A stretch of 64,000 nucleotides of DNA from Escherichia phage dune, in sequence record MN850636.1. One strand, written 5' to 3'. The notes beneath the pieces are model-generated. The model searched no databases, had not been told where the DNA came from, and was given only the letters and a program-made list of their open reading frames with translations. Made by a program: the position numbers and the translations under genes. Below are positions 45,758 to 63,139 of the stretch, piece by piece (positions within the stretch are counted from its first letter, which is position 1; every line of letters starts with the position of its first letter).

Positions 45758-46145
45758 AAAAGGTCTTTAAACAGGGTCTTTTAATGAGGTACGGCGCGGT
45801 TAGGTAAGGTCTGGTAGGGTAGGGTGAGGTTTGGTAAAGTGCGGGTAGTTAATCGGAGCTACATTAAAATCCGATTACATCACTTAAGAGTCTTCTAAGA
45901 GGGTTTTTAAGTGATGTTCGGTAGGGTCTGGTAGGGTAAGGTCTGGTCTGGTAGGGTCTGGTAGGGTGAGGTATGGGTAGTTAGTCTCAGCCACATTAAA
46001 ATGAGACTTACCTTTTTAAAAGGTCTTTAAACAGGGTGTTTTAATAAGGTGCTGTATGGTGGGGTAAGGTAGGGTTAGGCGAGGTCAGGTGAGTTTTGGT
46101 ATGGAAGGATGGCAGTAACCTTATAAAAAATCTGCCAAATAAGCT
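45758..46145 (+). repeat. GT-rich/hairpin composite repeat array 2 (hairpins at 45851-45876, 45983-46008, 46110-46137; conserved element at 46010-46050)
   Basis: Same unit architecture as array 1; hairpin stems differ but loops share ACATTAAAAT. Confidence 0.6.
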
Positions 46146-46155
46146 ATAAAGTCTG

Positions 46156-46184
46156 TTGACAAGTCAGGTGTTATAGCTTATTTT
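46156..46184 (+). promoter_or_regulatory. Candidate promoter TTGACA-N17-TATTTT
   Basis: Consensus -35, weak -10. Confidence 0.35.
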
Positions 46185-46228
46185 TATACTCAACGTAATA
46201 CAAAATTTAATATAACTTTGAGGTCATT

Positions 46229-46612
46229 ATGAAAAAGATTTTATTAGCTGCTGCAATGGTTATGACAATGAATTTACCAGTCAATGCAACAGAACTTCCA
46301 AATGTGGACTTGTCAGGTGTTCCAGAAGATACTTGCCAGATTGTAAAAGGTGTTGCTCTGGCTAATGGTGAGCTACTTAAACCAATCTCTGAAGAGTCTT
46401 TGACAGAGATGACTGATAAGGTAACTGACTACCAATATCGTGTTCTTGCAGAGTATTTCCTGCAATCTGCAAATATTAAAGAGAAGCACCATGACGATAT
46501 TGATGTACAGGCTATGCTTAACCATCGTATCCAGTTTAAAGAAGATTTGATGCAAAAAGCTATGTACGGTGTTGAGTATTTCTTAGAAAACAGAAGCTGC
46601 ACAGGTATTTGA
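46229..46612 (+). CDS. Secreted/periplasmic hypothetical protein
   Basis: 127 aa; signal peptide MKKILLAAAMVMTMNLPVNA. Confidence 0.45.
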   Translation: MKKILLAAAMVMTMNLPVNATELPNVDLSGVPEDTCQIVKGVALANGELLKPISEESLTEMTDKVTDYQYRVLAEYFLQSANIKEKHHDDIDVQAMLNHRIQFKEDLMQKAMYGVEYFLENRSCTGI

Positions 46613-46613
46613 T

Positions 46614-46826
46614 ATGGCTCTTAAAAAGTTACATCCCAGAAGCGGTTATGGTAAGATAATTGACGATACAGACGGCTTTACAGTCTTTACAGTTATCTGT
46701 CAAGATGATTCACAGATTGAAAAGGCTCTTGATGATTATCTTAACGATGAACGTGAAAAGGTCAGAGCTACAAACATAGACTCATTAATTGATACTTCAC
46801 GTAAACGGAAGAAGAAAGATGAATGA
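46614..46826 (+). CDS. Hypothetical protein
   Basis: 70 aa ORF. Confidence 0.4.
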   Translation: MALKKLHPRSGYGKIIDDTDGFTVFTVICQDDSQIEKALDDYLNDEREKVRATNIDSLIDTSRKRKKKDE

Positions 46827-47118
46827 GGTTTTTGACCCTTATGCCCCACAAGATGATTGGGAGGCTGATAGAGAGGCTGAAATGGAGAGTTATATTTGTC
46901 CAATGGATGTAGACGAAATGAGAGACTTCGTTGCACATCGTTTTAAGAGAGAGATTAAATCCAGAGGTCTTTCTCAAGAGCAAGTTGCTAAAATTTGTGG
47001 TATCTCTCAGGCTCGTGTATCCAACATAATCCACCTCACTGGGAATGTTTCCCTTGAGTATATGTTGGAAGTATGTGAAAAATTTGGTGTTAATTTTAAT
47101 TTAAGGTTGGCAGATTAA
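46819..47118 (+). CDS. Putative HTH DNA-binding protein (start moved to MNEVF)
   Basis: LSQEQVAKICGISQARVSNI helix-turn-helix-like segment. Confidence 0.4.
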   Translation: MNEVFDPYAPQDDWEADREAEMESYICPMDVDEMRDFVAHRFKREIKSRGLSQEQVAKICGISQARVSNIIHLTGNVSLEYMLEVCEKFGVNFNLRLAD

Positions 47119-47119
47119 T

Positions 47120-47479
47120 ATGAAACGTGAAAACATTATCCACTCTGAAAACTTCGCATTAGGTTTTTATGGTGTACCTACTCACCTTGAAAAGTATTAT
47201 GGTGTAAAAATTCTTTCCAATCTCATTATGGCTTACAAAGATGGTAAGATTAAGCATACTGAGAAGAAACGTGTCATGGGCTATATGGCTGTAGGTTCAG
47301 CAATCTCGAACATTAAGCTGGAAACAACTAGCAGTCAGATTGTGAAAGACCACTTCATCAAAGAGCTTTACCAGAATCTTGATGGTGTAAATGTTCAGGC
47401 TGTTTGGCTGGATGTTGACGGTCATAACTACACGAGTTTTGTTTTCAAAAACGATGACATTAAGTGTCTGTTCCCATAA
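47120..47479 (+). CDS. Hypothetical protein
   Basis: 119 aa ORF. Confidence 0.45.
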   Translation: MKRENIIHSENFALGFYGVPTHLEKYYGVKILSNLIMAYKDGKIKHTEKKRVMGYMAVGSAISNIKLETTSSQIVKDHFIKELYQNLDGVNVQAVWLDVDGHNYTSFVFKNDDIKCLFP

Positions 47480-47492
47480 TAGGTGATTAACT

Positions 47493-48008
47493 ATGATTGA
47501 TGTCTACTTACAAGATGCTCATGCAGATTTCCTTAAAGAGATGCTTAAAAAGTTTATGGCTTCACAGTATGAGAATGAAGCATCTTTTAAAATAGTTACA
47601 TGTGGCGACGAAGCTGGTTTTGTTGAGATTGAACATGAAGGTACTGGAAAGACTGTTTGTAAGCTACCTGATAGTATGTTCTCTAGTGCATTCTTAACAA
47701 AGACTAGTATAAATGTTAAGCTTGTACCGCAGATTGAAACATACTCTGGTACAGATTATCCTAAAGGTTTTAAGTCATTGATGAAGTACTTCTTAGATGA
47801 CTTTGTAGGTAATCTTCTGAGGGAGGTAAAAGAAAGTCGTACAGTGTTAACTGTAGAGAACATGGGAGGAACTATCAAGGTCACTTCTGACTGTTTTGTT
47901 ATGAGCCTCTTCGACTTCGTTCCTAAGAACTTTGATGGTATTCTGGATGAAGAAGATGACTGTGTAGACTTTATATTGGTTCTTGAGCCAGTTTTTGAGG
48001 TTAAATAA
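47493..48008 (+). CDS. Hypothetical protein
   Basis: 171 aa ORF. Confidence 0.45.
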   Translation: MIDVYLQDAHADFLKEMLKKFMASQYENEASFKIVTCGDEAGFVEIEHEGTGKTVCKLPDSMFSSAFLTKTSINVKLVPQIETYSGTDYPKGFKSLMKYFLDDFVGNLLREVKESRTVLTVENMGGTIKVTSDCFVMSLFDFVPKNFDGILDEEDDCVDFILVLEPVFEVK

Positions 48009-48269
48009 ATGAAAATTGAACACTGCTATGAGTCTGATGGAACACCTATCCGATGTCCACATTGTGGGTGTACAGACTTACAAGGTGAAGTAAGTGAAAT
48101 AGTCAACGGTCATATTGCTGAAGAAAGTACCCGATGCACAGGGTGTAATGAAATTATCGCTTTCTGGGCTTATGGTTCATACCAACCCTCTCCACATTTT
48201 ATCTACCATCGTAGTAAAGTTGTGAAGAGTGTCATCAACTGGTTCATTAAGAGAGGGTTTACAAAATGA
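48009..48269 (+). CDS. Small zinc-ribbon protein
   Basis: CPHCGC..CTGC. Confidence 0.4.
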   Translation: MKIEHCYESDGTPIRCPHCGCTDLQGEVSEIVNGHIAEESTRCTGCNEIIAFWAYGSYQPSPHFIYHRSKVVKSVINWFIKRGFTK

Positions 48270-48811
48270 TTAAGCTAATATTTGCAAGTGGTGAAAACGG
48301 TGAATTTGGTACTCCAACTGGTATGCCGTGGCCTCGACATAAACAGGACATGCAAGAGTTTAAGAGACTCACTAAAAATAACTTAGTAGTCATGGGTAAT
48401 GAGACTTTTAAGACTCTGGGTAGTAAACCTTTACCAGAACGTGCAAACCTCATCTTAACAAATTCTGTACCATACTTAGGCATAGACTTTGGCAAAGATG
48501 ATGTAATGTATGCTAAAGCCAGTAAAGAGTCATTTGGAGCATTTTTGAAGTATCTTGATAGCTCTATTGATGAAGATGTCTTTGTAATTGGTGGTGCAGG
48601 TATCCTTGTCAATGCTTTACCGTATGCTAGTGTGGTGTTCCATACTGTTTTCCATAAAGTTACTGAAGAGGCCACTGTGCATTTACCTTTTGAAAACTTC
48701 TTTGAGAAGCTGTATGATAACCGTGTGTTTACAAAGGTACAGTCAAAACCATCAGAGGATGGTAAAGCAACTTTTGAAATTTATGTTCCACAAGTAAAAG
48801 GACACTTTTGA
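48266..48811 (+). CDS. frd: Dihydrofolate reductase
   Basis: 181 aa; N-terminus MIKLIFA..GTPTGMPWP and VVMGNETFKTLG..PLPER match DHFR blocks; directly upstream of thyA. Confidence 0.8.
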   Translation: MIKLIFASGENGEFGTPTGMPWPRHKQDMQEFKRLTKNNLVVMGNETFKTLGSKPLPERANLILTNSVPYLGIDFGKDDVMYAKASKESFGAFLKYLDSSIDEDVFVIGGAGILVNALPYASVVFHTVFHKVTEEATVHLPFENFFEKLYDNRVFTKVQSKPSEDGKATFEIYVPQVKGHF

Positions 48812-48812
48812 T

Positions 48813-49712
48813 ATGTCACAAGCAGATACAAGTTACAAAAATATCCTGAACCATGTTTTATCAGTCGGTGAACTGCGTACTACACGAACTGGAGATGTTA
48901 TCTCTGCATTTGCTCCACCTAAGTTTCGTTTTGATATGCGAACTGGTTTCCCGCTCTTAACATCTAAACAGGTGTTTACACGGCAAGTTATTGGGGAAGC
49001 TTTATGGTTCCTGAATGGCGAGAATAAACTTGGTGAACTCCGTTACCGTACTTGGGGTGAAAATGATGGAGAACGCTGGACTATCTGGTCAGATGATTTT
49101 AAACGCTGGTTAAGTTCTAACTATTCTTCTGAACAAGACTGGTTAGAAGATGCAGGCGGGAGAATCTACGGGGTTCAGTGGAGAAACTTTGAAGGTCATA
49201 ACGGTTGTGTTGTAGACCAGCTAGAGACCTTAGTAACGAAGATGAAGGGTGATATCACAGACCGTTACATGCTTGTGAATGCTTGGAATGCAGCAGATAT
49301 TGCAGCAAACTCAATGGCTCTAGCACCTTGCCATGTTCTGTTTCAGATTTATATTACTAACGAGGGTGAAGTTGACTTACAGTGGTATCAGCGTTCAGTA
49401 GACACCTTTTTAGGACTTCCGTTTAATATTGCATCTTATGGTTTTATTCTGGAAGTTCTTTGTAAGATGACTGGATACACTCCACGGTACTTGATAGGTG
49501 TCTTTGGAGATACTCAGATTTATCAGAATCATATGAAGCAGGTTTATGAACTGATGAACAATGAAGAGTTCCATGCACCAACTTTTGAGATTGGTCTACA
49601 ACTTAATACTTTAAGTGACCTGAAACATCTTACTGCAAGTGACTTTATCGGTGGAATTAGTAACTACCAACATGCAGGAAAGATTGAAGCACCTTTGTCA
49701 GTAGGTAAGTAG
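48813..49712 (+). CDS. thyA: Thymidylate synthase
   Basis: 299 aa; catalytic block APCHVLFQIY and QRSVDTFLGLPFNIASYG. Confidence 0.9.
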   Translation: MSQADTSYKNILNHVLSVGELRTTRTGDVISAFAPPKFRFDMRTGFPLLTSKQVFTRQVIGEALWFLNGENKLGELRYRTWGENDGERWTIWSDDFKRWLSSNYSSEQDWLEDAGGRIYGVQWRNFEGHNGCVVDQLETLVTKMKGDITDRYMLVNAWNAADIAANSMALAPCHVLFQIYITNEGEVDLQWYQRSVDTFLGLPFNIASYGFILEVLCKMTGYTPRYLIGVFGDTQIYQNHMKQVYELMNNEEFHAPTFEIGLQLNTLSDLKHLTASDFIGGISNYQHAGKIEAPLSVGK

Positions 49713-49715
49713 AAA

Positions 49716-49760
49716 CAAAAAAGGCTCCCGTAAAAAGGAGCCTTAAAATTTTATTTTTCA
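49716..49760. terminator. Bidirectional rho-independent terminator at the convergence point
   Basis: AAGGCTCC-CGTAAAA-AGGAGCCTT hairpin flanked by A-run upstream and T-run downstream. Confidence 0.6.
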
Positions 49761-50122
49761 GTATTCTTTGTGTTCTTTTCAGTAATAGCTTGGAGGGCTG
49801 ATACTGATTGAGCCAGATTGTTAACACTATCAGAGAATTTATCAAGAGTCTTAGTAAGCTTTGCATTCTCTCCCTTAACATTCTCTAACTGGACTTTCTG
49901 GTTCTCCATCCCTAGCTGAAGCAGCCTCATATCAGACTGTAAATCACGAATAGCTGAATAATTACTTTTGGAATAATTATCTAGCTGCTGTAACTTTGTT
50001 GTAATAGACACTTCTTGCTTACCATCCGAGACTTGCATGGTGGTATACATCCCAATAACACTAAAAATACCAACTACAATTGCACCAATATTGTTTTTAA
50101 AAGCTTCCTCTAGCCACTTCAT
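49751..50122 (-). CDS. Membrane-anchored coiled-coil protein (lysis- or tail-associated)
   Basis: 123 aa; hydrophobic N-terminus AIVVGIFSVIGMY then heptad-like repeats. Confidence 0.4.
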   Translation of the reverse strand: MKWLEEAFKNNIGAIVVGIFSVIGMYTTMQVSDGKQEVSITTKLQQLDNYSKSNYSAIRDLQSDMRLLQLGMENQKVQLENVKGENAKLTKTLDKFSDSVNNLAQSVSALQAITEKNTKNTEK

Positions 50123-50316
50123 TTATTCTCCCCCTTAAAAGCTTTTTCTAAGTTATCTACGAACTCATCATCAATAGGTGTGTCTGTTTTACTCGCAAGA
50201 TATCTTGCAAGCTTAAAGAACACTTTCTCAATCATGTATTCACTTAGAAGGGATAAAATGAGTTTCCAGAAGAAGCTACCTAGATTTTTTAGAAGAATTG
50301 CTAGGATTGTAGGCAT
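50119..50316 (-). CDS. Small hydrophobic protein
   Basis: 65 aa ORF. Confidence 0.35.
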   Translation of the reverse strand: MPTILAILLKNLGSFFWKLILSLLSEYMIEKVFFKLARYLASKTDTPIDDEFVDNLEKAFKGENK

Positions 50317-50395
50317 TTAATCACCTCATCAGCCAAGATGGTGAGAATACCCATAAAGAATATTAACACCATCTTAACAATCAGTCAACAAGGGA

Positions 50396-52747
50396 TTAAG
50401 CAGTTCTTACCCAAGCCATTAACTTGTAGAACTGGTTAGTAACACTAAATGCTGAACCAGAACCTGTACCACCAGTGTTACCACTAACTGTATGGCTGTG
50501 AGCACCAATACCAACACTGTGAGCATGGTTACCAGCAGAAGCAGCAGTACCACTTACAGAGTGGGTGTGGTCACCACCCCCATCAGTGTAACCCGGACCT
50601 GTACCGATTCTACCACCACCACCACCAGAATAGTGTGTAGAGTTCTGACCAATCCACGAGATAGCGTGGTTGTGGTGACCAGCAGATGAAGTAGAGCCAC
50701 TTACAGAGTGAGTGTGAGCACCAGTCGTGTTAGTGTTTTTTGTTCCGTAGTCAAAAGATGAAGTGGTAGCAGAAAAACTGTGAGTGTGTGAAGGCAAGTT
50801 CCCAACAGCTAACGTCACAGAGTCTGAACCACCAGTTGTAGCAACATCTGAACCATTTGCTGCTGCAATTCTGATAGTTCTACCAACACCATTGTTAAGG
50901 TACGTCCAAGTTAGACCAGGCAGTGCTGTATTAGGGTTAACATTACTGTTAAACCACGTTACAATACCTACTGGGTAGATTTTATTAAGGTCTGTAGAGT
51001 CACTTACTGCCTGTGCAATCTTCTGGTCAGTTTCTGCTTTAGTGTATGCACCAAGCTCTGAAGGGGTTGGCTTCTGTGCTTCTGTGTAAATCTTAGACCA
51101 CTTAGCTTCAAAGCCTTTACTATCTACAGATGTTCTGTACCACATCCCACCGTTCTTATACTGGAACTTTAATTGCGCACAGGCAGTAGAAGAGTTAACC
51201 CCCTGATACATTTGAAACACAAGTGCTGTGTAATCAGCATTTGTTGAGGTTACATTATATAAGCCTGTTTTAGCGTTCCATGCCACACCATCTGCATTCT
51301 GCTCTGTAGCTTGTCCTGTAGAACCTGCAACCATGAATCTCTGATTAGCTGCTGACTGAGTGAAGTATCTAGCATCTAAGTTAGACCAATCAGAAGGTTT
51401 TACCTGTCCAGTAATCTGTAGAGATTTAGACAGAAGAACTTCGTCAGCTAAATCGAGTCTTGCACCAGTCAAGTAGTTATGGAATGATGCCGTACCAGAA
51501 CCATTAGTACCACAACCGATAAACCACTTATTTGTGTTATCAGTATTCTTACCAACAATGTAAGAAGAATTATTCTGAGCCTTGCTGTAGATTCTTAATG
51601 CTTCACCATCAGATTGAATATTCTGCTGTAAAGTGAATGTGTTAGCTTCATTCTTCTTAGCAAGATTTGCGTATGAACCGATAAGAACATAACGAGAGTC
51701 AATGTTAGTCCAATCAGAAGGTTGAACTTGACCAGTTACAGTTAGTGTTTTATTGATATTAACACTTGTTCCTACAGTAATCTTGCCACTAGTTTTGTAG
51801 TTTTCTAGAGCTACGTTATCACCTTCGTTACTATTACCAATGTACCATCTTTTGACACCTGCGCTATCAATCGCTTTAATGTACAATGGTTGTGCAGCAT
51901 TGGCATTCTGTAGCCTAATTGCTTCACCATCTTTTTTGAAAACACTCAGTTTGTTGAATGTGTTAGAGCCACTAAAAGTATTATCCGCAGCTAGCTGCGC
52001 AAACCTCTGATTAGCAACTGTCTGAGTGAAGTATCTAGCATCTAAGTTAGACCAATCAGATGGTTGAACTTGACCAGTGATTTGAAAAGTTCTGTTGACT
52101 GACACCAAATTTTCAAGAATACCAATTGAAACACCAGTCTTTACATTCGACAATACAAGAGCATTTGAGTCTCTGTTATCATTGCCAAAATACCATCTAC
52201 TAGTTCCATCTGCATCTCGACCACGAATACCTAGTGGCATACCCTGTGTGTTATTCTTAACAATAAGTGCTTCATTATCAGATAGGATGGTTTGAGTACC
52301 TCTAAAGGTGTTATTTACAGCCAGTCTTGCATATCTTGCATCATTCTCTTCATTAGTTCTCATCCCAAGTTCATTAGGACTTGGCTTATTCAGGGTATGA
52401 TAAACGGTTGCAGACCTTGAAGCATCTGCAATAGTTAGTCTAAGGCCGTTTGCGTTGATTTTAAAAGTCTTTAAAACATCCCCCATAGTAATCTCAGAAG
52501 AACCTGTAGGGTCAAATACTGCCTTACCACCATAAAGTAGCTTGACAATTCCTAAGTCACCCGTCATAGTGCTACCAGCAATCTGAACAAATCTTTCTAG
52601 TTTAAAAGATGCTAAGAAGTCTTGATAGGTCATTCGACGGTCTTCATCACCCAGCATTTCAGGTCTCTTTTTAACCCTGACATGAAGAAGGTCGTCTGAA
52701 CGAATTGTATCAATTGAGTTTAATTCACTCAACTTGTAATCTGCCAT
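50396..52747 (-). CDS. Tail fibre protein with His-box (HxH) repeats
   Basis: 783 aa; repeated SHTHS, AHTHSV, GHHNHA, DHTHSV, NHAHSV, AHSHTV; conserved C-terminus shared with 52794-53942. Confidence 0.7.
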   Translation of the reverse strand: MADYKLSELNSIDTIRSDDLLHVRVKKRPEMLGDEDRRMTYQDFLASFKLERFVQIAGSTMTGDLGIVKLLYGGKAVFDPTGSSEITMGDVLKTFKINANGLRLTIADASRSATVYHTLNKPSPNELGMRTNEENDARYARLAVNNTFRGTQTILSDNEALIVKNNTQGMPLGIRGRDADGTSRWYFGNDNRDSNALVLSNVKTGVSIGILENLVSVNRTFQITGQVQPSDWSNLDARYFTQTVANQRFAQLAADNTFSGSNTFNKLSVFKKDGEAIRLQNANAAQPLYIKAIDSAGVKRWYIGNSNEGDNVALENYKTSGKITVGTSVNINKTLTVTGQVQPSDWTNIDSRYVLIGSYANLAKKNEANTFTLQQNIQSDGEALRIYSKAQNNSSYIVGKNTDNTNKWFIGCGTNGSGTASFHNYLTGARLDLADEVLLSKSLQITGQVKPSDWSNLDARYFTQSAANQRFMVAGSTGQATEQNADGVAWNAKTGLYNVTSTNADYTALVFQMYQGVNSSTACAQLKFQYKNGGMWYRTSVDSKGFEAKWSKIYTEAQKPTPSELGAYTKAETDQKIAQAVSDSTDLNKIYPVGIVTWFNSNVNPNTALPGLTWTYLNNGVGRTIRIAAANGSDVATTGGSDSVTLAVGNLPSHTHSFSATTSSFDYGTKNTNTTGAHTHSVSGSTSSAGHHNHAISWIGQNSTHYSGGGGGRIGTGPGYTDGGGDHTHSVSGTAASAGNHAHSVGIGAHSHTVSGNTGGTGSGSAFSVTNQFYKLMAWVRTA

Positions 52748-52793
52748 TATAAATTTTCCTCTTAAAAGGGGCTATACAGCCCCTGTAAAGAAA

Positions 52794-53942
52794 TTAAGCT
52801 GTTCTCTGCCATACATACAATACGAAGGATGGCTGTTCAACACTAAATGCTTGACCAGAACCAGTTGTGCCAGTTGTGCCAGAGTGCGAATGCTCACCTG
52901 CTCCGGTTACTGTCACTGTTGCTGAGTGGTTGTGGGAACCAATTGCAACAGAATGGCTGTGAGCACCAATCCCAACTGTGTGATTATGCGCACCAATTGC
53001 TACAGAGTGAGTGTGGTTATTAGCTGTTGTCAGTGTAGCTCTTGGGTCATAGCTTGCCCCCTCAACCGATAAACCTCTCCAACCACCATCAGCATAACCA
53101 CGATTAATGAATGTTGTTTGTGTTAAACCAGCGGCACTGGTTGTTCTGTTACCATAGTCGTAAGTAGATACAGTTTTGGTTCCATAGTCAAATGTTGTAG
53201 TCCCTTTAGTACCATAGTCAAAAGCACTGATAGATGCCGTTGCACCATGAGTGTGACCACCACCAGTGACATACACTGAGTGAGTATGTGCAGGAATGTT
53301 GTTAACTGTCAGTGCAGTAGTCTGCGAACCAAACGTTGAACCAACTGGCCTAGAAGCACTATCATAACCTACAAGTGCTCTTCCTTTTGAAACTAACTCC
53401 CAAGTACCTCCACAAATTAAATATGTAGAAGGGTTTGCAGGATTCATAGAGAGATGGATAGTACCTACTGGATAAGAAGCCTGAACAGCCTTGTACAAGT
53501 TATTTACTGCTCTTGCTGTAGCATACTTATCTGCATCCTCATTATAAAGGTTAGATGTCACCCAGTTCTGAACATTACTTAACCCAACCTGTGCCTTAGT
53601 GGTGTTGTGTGGGTTGCTCTTATCATCAATATGTTGTTGAATAAGATTATTAACCTCTTCTGAAGACATAATCTGTAGATTTGCTCTTGCCTCAGCTACA
53701 TTAACAATGTCTGATAAGTTATTTTCAGCAACTAACTGTAGAGCATTAATAACGTTATCTAAACCAATTTGTGTCTTAGTAACACCATGAGGATTATTTC
53801 TTAGGCTTGAGTGTGGGGCAAGTAATTGCTCAAGAGTACATCTCTTATCCTCGATACCCTGTTTAAGATGGAAGATATCACTAAGGTCAATTGGTAAGGC
53901 TGCTTGAGGCAAGGCACTAATTTGAATTTCACCTACTGCCAT
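52794..53942 (-). CDS. Tail fibre protein paralog with His-box repeats
   Basis: 382 aa; AHTHSV, GHTHG, NHTHSVAIGAHNHTVGIGAHSHSVAIGSHNHS; C-terminal AFSV..W.RTA shared. Confidence 0.65.
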   Translation of the reverse strand: MAVGEIQISALPQAALPIDLSDIFHLKQGIEDKRCTLEQLLAPHSSLRNNPHGVTKTQIGLDNVINALQLVAENNLSDIVNVAEARANLQIMSSEEVNNLIQQHIDDKSNPHNTTKAQVGLSNVQNWVTSNLYNEDADKYATARAVNNLYKAVQASYPVGTIHLSMNPANPSTYLICGGTWELVSKGRALVGYDSASRPVGSTFGSQTTALTVNNIPAHTHSVYVTGGGHTHGATASISAFDYGTKGTTTFDYGTKTVSTYDYGNRTTSAAGLTQTTFINRGYADGGWRGLSVEGASYDPRATLTTANNHTHSVAIGAHNHTVGIGAHSHSVAIGSHNHSATVTVTGAGEHSHSGTTGTTGSGQAFSVEQPSFVLYVWQRTA

Positions 53943-53944
53943 TA

Positions 53945-61963
<8,019 letters not shown>

Positions 61964-61964
<1 letters not shown>

Positions 61965-62203
61965 TACATTTTTCCTGCTCTTCTAAGTTCGTTGTAAGCA
62001 ATTTCCTCTTTATACGACCTCTGAATTTCAAGAAATTGTCTCAATGATAATAAATCAGAGAATGTCATAGCAAAGAGTTGGTCAAGTGTTTCTTTACACC
62101 CTTCCATACCATAAATAGCAAGCACAAATTTCATCTCGTCTGCTTCTTCATAGGTTGCCTCTACAGCAGCATCAGTTAGTGGTGTCTGTAGAGTGTTACC
62201 CAT
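61964..62203 (-). CDS. Putative tail assembly chaperone (distal ORF)
   Basis: 79 aa, between tube and tape measure genes. Confidence 0.4.
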
Positions 62204-62205
62204 GT

Positions 62206-62604
62206 TTACTGAGAAGTTAGGCTTTTGAAAATGCTTGCTTCGAAAAAACTTCCGAAGTTTGCCTCCAGCGCAAATGCTAAGTAATCAATAAATTCACCGT
62301 AGTTTGCTTGGAAGTACGTATCAATATTAAGTGGGAAGTCATCAACAGTTGCCCCTTGAAATAACAGGGTTGCCATCTCTTCAAGGTTAATTTCTTCAAT
62401 TCTGTCAAAACAAGCTTCAACAAGTTCTTTAAATGGAACCATTGGAGCTTCTTTCTTACCCTTGTCAGTCAGACTTGATAGCATCTGTGCAAAGGTTGGA
62501 ACAACAATTTTACCCAACTTCATAGACATCTTAATACCATCTCTTGCCCCAAGCAGAACGATATTTACTTTCTTACCATTAATTACTCTAGATTCTGTTT
62601 TCAT
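62206..62604 (-). CDS. Putative tail assembly chaperone
   Basis: 132 aa. Confidence 0.4.
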   Translation of the reverse strand: MKTESRVINGKKVNIVLLGARDGIKMSMKLGKIVVPTFAQMLSSLTDKGKKEAPMVPFKELVEACFDRIEEINLEEMATLLFQGATVDDFPLNIDTYFQANYGEFIDYLAFALEANFGSFFEASIFKSLTSQ

Positions 62605-62677
62605 TGTGATTCCTTAATACTTTTAAAAGAAACAAAAAAGGGGAAGACCTTTTAAAGTCTCCCCCTTATAGGATTTA

Positions 62678-63124
62678 TTAAACACTTGACGCTGGAATTG
62701 TAGAAGTGTAATCTAACTTCTCACAACCAAAAATCCAAGTTTTAGAGTTCTGGTCACGACCAAGTTCAATCTGTGGTAACTCCTGCAACCAAGCGTTAAT
62801 ACCAGTTGCCAGAACAGAGCCTGATGGGTCGTAGATTACGAAGTTAGAAGAGATATCTTCTTCAAGTTCCATATTGTCTTGTTTAGCTTGAATTGCAGAA
62901 AGCATCTGGTTAGAGAGAGAAGTCTGCATTAACTCAATCTCAATAGTACCTGTCTTGTCTGCATTTCGTGTCAGAGCAACCTGACCACCTGCACCAACAA
63001 CTGGTGTCACAAGTGGTGATGTTCTCTGTAGACGCAAGAATGAGTCTGGAGCAAAGCCTTCAATAGCAATGCCGTTCCAGCTACATACAACGTCTTTAGG
63101 GGAATATTGCTGATACATAGCCAT
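62678..63124 (-). CDS. Tail tube protein
   Basis: 148 aa; immediately downstream of sheath-like gene. Confidence 0.55.
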   Translation of the reverse strand: MAMYQQYSPKDVVCSWNGIAIEGFAPDSFLRLQRTSPLVTPVVGAGGQVALTRNADKTGTIEIELMQTSLSNQMLSAIQAKQDNMELEEDISSNFVIYDPSGSVLATGINAWLQELPQIELGRDQNSKTWIFGCEKLDYTSTIPASSV

Positions 63125-63139
63125 TCCAATTTACCTCTA

